Below, piece after piece: positions 16,628 through 20,000 of a stretch of 20,000 nucleotides of DNA. How positions within the stretch are numbered: the first letter of the stretch is position 1; each line of letters begins with the position of its first letter. Source of the stretch: an uncultured virus (IMG/VR IMGVR_UViG_3300042288_002474) (lineage: Duplodnaviria; Heunggongvirae; Uroviricota; Caudoviricetes); the IMG/VR virus record IMGVR_UViG_3300042288_002474; one strand, given 5' to 3'. The notes under the pieces were generated by a model. The model did not search any database, had not been told where the DNA came from, and saw nothing but the letters and a program-made list of their open reading frames with translations. The position numbers and the translations under genes are program-made.

Positions 16628-17410
16628 ATGAAAAACATTTTTGTTGAAGATTTAGGAAATGGTGTGATATTGGAAATGGCTGCAATCCCCGGTGGCACTT
16701 TTATCATGGGTTCACCACCAGAGGAATTGGGACACAGGGACAATGAAAGTCCCCAGCATCAAGTCACAGTCCAACCCTTCTTTATGGGTAAATACCAAGT
16801 CACTCAAGCACAATGGCGATTTGTAGCTCAGTTAGCCCAAGTGAACCGTGAGTTAGAGCAAGACCCATCTAACTTTAAAGGTGATAATCGCCCTGTGGAA
16901 CAAGTATCTTGGTATGATGCGGTGGAGTTTTGCGATCGCCTCTCAAATCATACTAAAGAACAATATCGCCTCCCCAGTGAAGCTGAATGGGAATATACTT
17001 GTCGAGCCGGAACTACTACCCCGTTTTATTGTGGGGAAACAATTTCTACAGATTTAGCTAATTATGATGGTAACTACACCTATGGTGGTGGTGCAAAAGG
17101 AGTTTATCGAAAAGAAACAACAGAAGTAGGCAGGTTTGGAGTAGCTAATAACTTTGGATTATACGATATGCACGGCAACGTCTGGGAATGGTGTCAAGAC
17201 GATTGGCATAATGACTATGAAGGTGCGCCAATAGATGGAAGCGCATGGCTAAATAATGAAGAGGATAATAACGGTAAGCTGCTGCGCGGTGGTTCGTGGT
17301 ACAACTCTCCTGTGCATTGCCGTTCTGCTTATCGCGGCAGCAACCATCTCGACCACTACCACTACGATATTGGTTTTCGGGTTGTGTGTAGTGGTGCGGC
17401 GAGGACTTGA
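16628..17410 (+). CDS. FGE-sulfatase (SUMF1/CLec-fold) domain protein, cyanobacterial DGR-target type
   Basis: IPGGTFIMGS, ESPQHQV, YQVTQAQW, RPVEQVSWYDA, YRLPSEAEWEY.CRAGT, NNFGLYDMHGNVWEWC, LLRGGSW...R...IGFRVV. Confidence 0.93.
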   Translation: MKNIFVEDLGNGVILEMAAIPGGTFIMGSPPEELGHRDNESPQHQVTVQPFFMGKYQVTQAQWRFVAQLAQVNRELEQDPSNFKGDNRPVEQVSWYDAVEFCDRLSNHTKEQYRLPSEAEWEYTCRAGTTTPFYCGETISTDLANYDGNYTYGGGAKGVYRKETTEVGRFGVANNFGLYDMHGNVWEWCQDDWHNDYEGAPIDGSAWLNNEEDNNGKLLRGGSWYNSPVHCRSAYRGSNHLDHYHYDIGFRVVCSGAART

Positions 17411-17471
17411 TAGCACTATGCACTTTTGCCCTCTTGCTCTTTTCTTGTCTTATCCCTCTCGCATAGCGAGA
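17279..17471 (+). other. DGR variable-region-like segment with downstream hairpin
   Basis: Run of NNC/NNT codons between GGSW and IGFRVV; hairpin TCTCGC-ATA-GCGAGA at 17457-17471. No template repeat seen in the window. Confidence 0.55.
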
Positions 17472-17594
17472 AAATTTTTGTCAGAATCAGGATATCTACC
17501 GATTAAAGGATGAAACTGATATTCAACTATTAAACCGGAAATTAGCGAAGCTTATGAAGTTGGAATGACAAGGATTTTAAAAAGTATCACCCCA

Positions 17595-17619
17595 GCCCGT
17601 CAGAAATGGCGGGTTTTTT
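17595..17619 (+). terminator. Rho-independent terminator closing the accessory cassette
   Basis: GCCCGTCA-GAAA-TGGCGGGT followed by a T-tract. Confidence 0.88.
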
Positions 17620-17737
17620 ATTGTTTATTTGCCCAGGACACCTAACAAGGTTAAAAAAATGTCCTTGCATACTACCATACCTCTTTTTTTACAATTACAT
17701 TAAGTATATGCTTTTAAAATAATTTTACTAAAACTAC

Positions 17738-17766
17738 TTGACGACGGTATAGGGATAGAGTATGAT
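17738..17766 (+). promoter_or_regulatory. Sigma70-type promoter with ACGACGGTA box
   Basis: TTGACG-17 nt-TATGAT; the ORF-track ATG at 17762 lies within this -10. Confidence 0.75.
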
Positions 17767-17797
17767 ATTTTATATAAGCTCAAGAAAATTAAAGATT

Positions 17798-18913
17798 ATG
17801 TCCTCCAACGAACTACTCCAACAATTAGCACAAGAATTAGCACAGATCTTAGGCGGCAGCAATAGTAATGGATTGGGCTTTTGCCCAATCCCAGAAAACC
17901 AAAACACCGTAAAGTTTATCTTTCCTGGATATACTAGACAACAGCCTCCATATATGCACTTTTTGGGAGAAAAAGATCAGCGTACCGGAAACTCTCCTCA
18001 TATCCCAGTTCCAGGTGACGCACTTAAGGGTCGATTACAATTCATTAATTTAATTGACGTTGTTTCTAACGGTGAAGATAAGCAAAAGCTTTGCTTCTGG
18101 ATTGATTGCGGATCAATAACCTACGTCCTTTGGTTGGGGTGGGCAGACGCTTATGGTAAGCTAAACAACGCTAGTGAAAGTTTTTTAAAAGCCTTAGCTT
18201 CATTAACGCCAGATGAATTGTTAGAACCCTTTACGTTTACATTATCTCGCTTAATTGACAAACCCTCCTACGATCCAAGTAAAGGGAATCCTGCCACCGC
18301 AGGAAAAGTATTACTAGTTGACGTTTGGAAAAACTCCGGCGAGAGAGTTTTTTCTGAACAGGGTCACATGGATGCTAATGCTGCGGCTGGCGTGATCGTA
18401 AGAATTAATCAACATCTAACCGGACAAGCGGTTCTTACGCCCCGTCAACCAAAATCAAAAACTGTCATTCAAGAACCAATCCCAGTAGCTCAACCCCAGC
18501 CAACTCAACAGCAGTGGGGACAACAAACCCAAGCTCAAGCTTGGGGAACTGCACCCATTCCTCAAAACTTACCTGCCCCAGTTCCTCAACCCCAACCAAC
18601 TCAATATCAACAACCCCAAAACTTACCCCAACCTATTCCTCAGACCCCTCCTGTAGTTGGTGGCTTAACATCAGAAATGGCAGCACAATTCCAAGCCCAA
18701 CAAGCCCAACAAACCCAAGCTGCACCAATTCCTACCCCACCACCCGCACCTATTCCACAAATGACTTCCGATCAAATGGCACAGTATCAGCAATTTTTAG
18801 CTATGCAAGCCCAACAAAGTCTTACGCCGCCTCCACAGTGGGGAAGTGTCGCACCTACCCCGCCACCTACCCCACCACAAAACGGTAATGGTGGTGGTAA
18901 GATAAATTGGTAA
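17798..18913 (+). CDS. Hypothetical protein: globular N-domain plus long Gln/Pro-rich tail
   Basis: Start moved to MSSNELLQ (17798); low-complexity PQPQPTQ/QAQQ tail ending GGGKINW. Confidence 0.8.
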   Translation: MSSNELLQQLAQELAQILGGSNSNGLGFCPIPENQNTVKFIFPGYTRQQPPYMHFLGEKDQRTGNSPHIPVPGDALKGRLQFINLIDVVSNGEDKQKLCFWIDCGSITYVLWLGWADAYGKLNNASESFLKALASLTPDELLEPFTFTLSRLIDKPSYDPSKGNPATAGKVLLVDVWKNSGERVFSEQGHMDANAAAGVIVRINQHLTGQAVLTPRQPKSKTVIQEPIPVAQPQPTQQQWGQQTQAQAWGTAPIPQNLPAPVPQPQPTQYQQPQNLPQPIPQTPPVVGGLTSEMAAQFQAQQAQQTQAAPIPTPPPAPIPQMTSDQMAQYQQFLAMQAQQSLTPPPQWGSVAPTPPPTPPQNGNGGGKINW

Positions 18914-18928
18914 TTCCTTAAATAACTT

Positions 18929-18964
18929 AAAAAACCTTAATTATTAATTTAATTAAGGTTTTTT
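18929..18964. terminator. Bidirectional terminator-like inverted repeat between convergent genes
   Basis: AAAAAACCTTAATTA-N6-TAATTAAGGTTTTTT. Confidence 0.6.
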
Positions 18965-18981
18965 TAATATCTATAGCTAAA

Positions 18982-19015
18982 AAAATTAACCCTTAAATAT
19001 TTAAGGGTTAATTTT
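18982..19015. repeat. Perfect 34-bp palindrome with no spacer
   Basis: AAAATTAACCCTTAAAT|ATTTAAGGGTTAATTTT. Confidence 0.85.
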
Positions 19016-19037
19016 GAAATTAAATTAAATTAGGGAG

Positions 19038-20000
19038 TTATGGGTTAGTTATTTCTAAAAGCCTACTCTTAATTACGGTGGTATGGCATAACTTAGGGGA
19101 ACAGTGGCATAGAAGCCTTATTTTTTGTCCGCTATCTAACATCCCTGCCAAATTAACTATATTCATCATTATTTCTGCAACGGTAGGATATTTATACTTC
19201 TCTGCAATTTTTAGCCCAGGGATAACTAAAGCTGGATCTAGTTTTTTGTCCCTTAAATCTTCTCGTTTGTAGGCTTGAAAATTCATGTCTAGCCACGCCT
19301 CAAAAGCTTTTACGCACATTTCCCTATCTTCCTCTTTTTCTAGGACATAGGGATTGCCTAAAGCGCTACTCCTGTCACAAATTACATCCATATACCCCAA
19401 CTTTGGGGAAAGGTTTTTTAAGTTGCCAATTATTATTTTCTCTTCCTCTTCCTTAATTATTTTTTTAGTGGGATAAAGATTAATCCAGGGGATATTTTTT
19501 TTCTTGCAATACTCAATACAATTTGCCGTTCCGCCCTCTTTGTTTCCGTCCCAAAACGCCAACATTAAATTAACCCTATCCGCCATCCATCTGTTACGAC
19601 GTTGCATCTTCCAACTTTCATAACCGCTTTTACAAACAATGTGGGATGAGGTAAGGGGATTGTTTAAAATATCCCAATACTCATTTTGGGAGGATTTTGC
19701 CCAGCGCGATTCTTGACCTTTAAATGGGATGGCAGCAACTAATCCTATTCCGAGATGTAGAGATGCTTTGGCTATGGCAAAATCCCAACCTATAGCCATG
19801 CCCGAAATTACAGAGGTGGGGTTAATTTCATCCAAAATATTAGTGGAGATATTTAATAAATTATCCTCAACTTCTTTAGTATACCCGCCTACTTTTTCCC
19901 CTAACCTATGACCCGTTGCGCCAACTACAAAAAGTCTTTCAGGAGTTTGGCTTTTTATAAACTCTACATAAGCCTTTAAATTACTTTTTGTTATTTCCAT
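19038..20000 (-). CDS. SLOG (YpsA/DUF1273-like) domain fused to a DUF4326-like domain; start may lie beyond the window
   Basis: TGHR, ISGMAIGWD, AAIPFKGQESRW, MQRRNRWMAD, AFWDG...GGTANC (SLOG); DRSSALGNPY...LLCHCSPKLCHTTVIK (DUF4326-like). Confidence 0.8.
   Translation of the reverse strand: MEITKSNLKAYVEFIKSQTPERLFVVGATGHRLGEKVGGYTKEVEDNLLNISTNILDEINPTSVISGMAIGWDFAIAKASLHLGIGLVAAIPFKGQESRWAKSSQNEYWDILNNPLTSSHIVCKSGYESWKMQRRNRWMADRVNLMLAFWDGNKEGGTANCIEYCKKKNIPWINLYPTKKIIKEEEEKIIIGNLKNLSPKLGYMDVICDRSSALGNPYVLEKEEDREMCVKAFEAWLDMNFQAYKREDLRDKKLDPALVIPGLKIAEKYKYPTVAEIMMNIVNLAGMLDSGQKIRLLCHCSPKLCHTTVIKSRLLEITNP

Noticed and set aside
17478..17520. GTCAGAATCAGGAT...GATTAAAGGATG resembling short dispersed repeats recalled from Nostocales genomes
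   Set aside because: Single degenerate copy based on recollection only; it needs BLASTN against Nostocales genomes.
17145..19911. ORFs 17145-, 17256+, 18514+, 19078+ and 19729+
   Set aside because: They overlap stronger genes; 18514+ is the S/T/P-rich shadow of the Q/P repeat region.
1..20000. Complete DGR (TR, RT, avd), CRISPR array, integrase or transposase
   Set aside because: No second copy of the variable region, no RT motifs, no regularly spaced repeats and no recombinase ORF were seen in the window.

Overview
AT-rich segment of a tailed dsDNA phage or prophage, probably a siphovirus of a freshwater or filamentous cyanobacterium (HIP1 GCGATCGC sites, cyanobacterial-type FGE-sulfatase and PAS proteins). 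Positions 343-6935 are a lambda-like tail-tip module in the unusual order K-I-J-fibre-LamG-M-L. Positions 6942-10648 are minus-strand genes: a membrane-anchored PAS protein, small ORFs, a RuvC-like resolvase, DUF4031 and a possible DNA-binding protein. Positions 10783-14325 encode a contiguous, intein-free DnaE. Positions 14719-17619 form an accessory cassette with its own promoter and terminator: small regulator, unknown ORF, a complete type II hammerhead ribozyme, a pseudoknot with a small ORF, a 2H phosphoesterase, and an FGE-sulfatase/CLec gene whose 3' end looks like a DGR variable region (no TR or RT in the window). A Q/P-tailed protein sharing promoter motifs with dnaE and a SLOG-DUF4326 fusion follow. 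A tRNA-like RNA lacking an anticodon arm sits at the left edge. All calls come from reading motifs by eye; no database searches were run.
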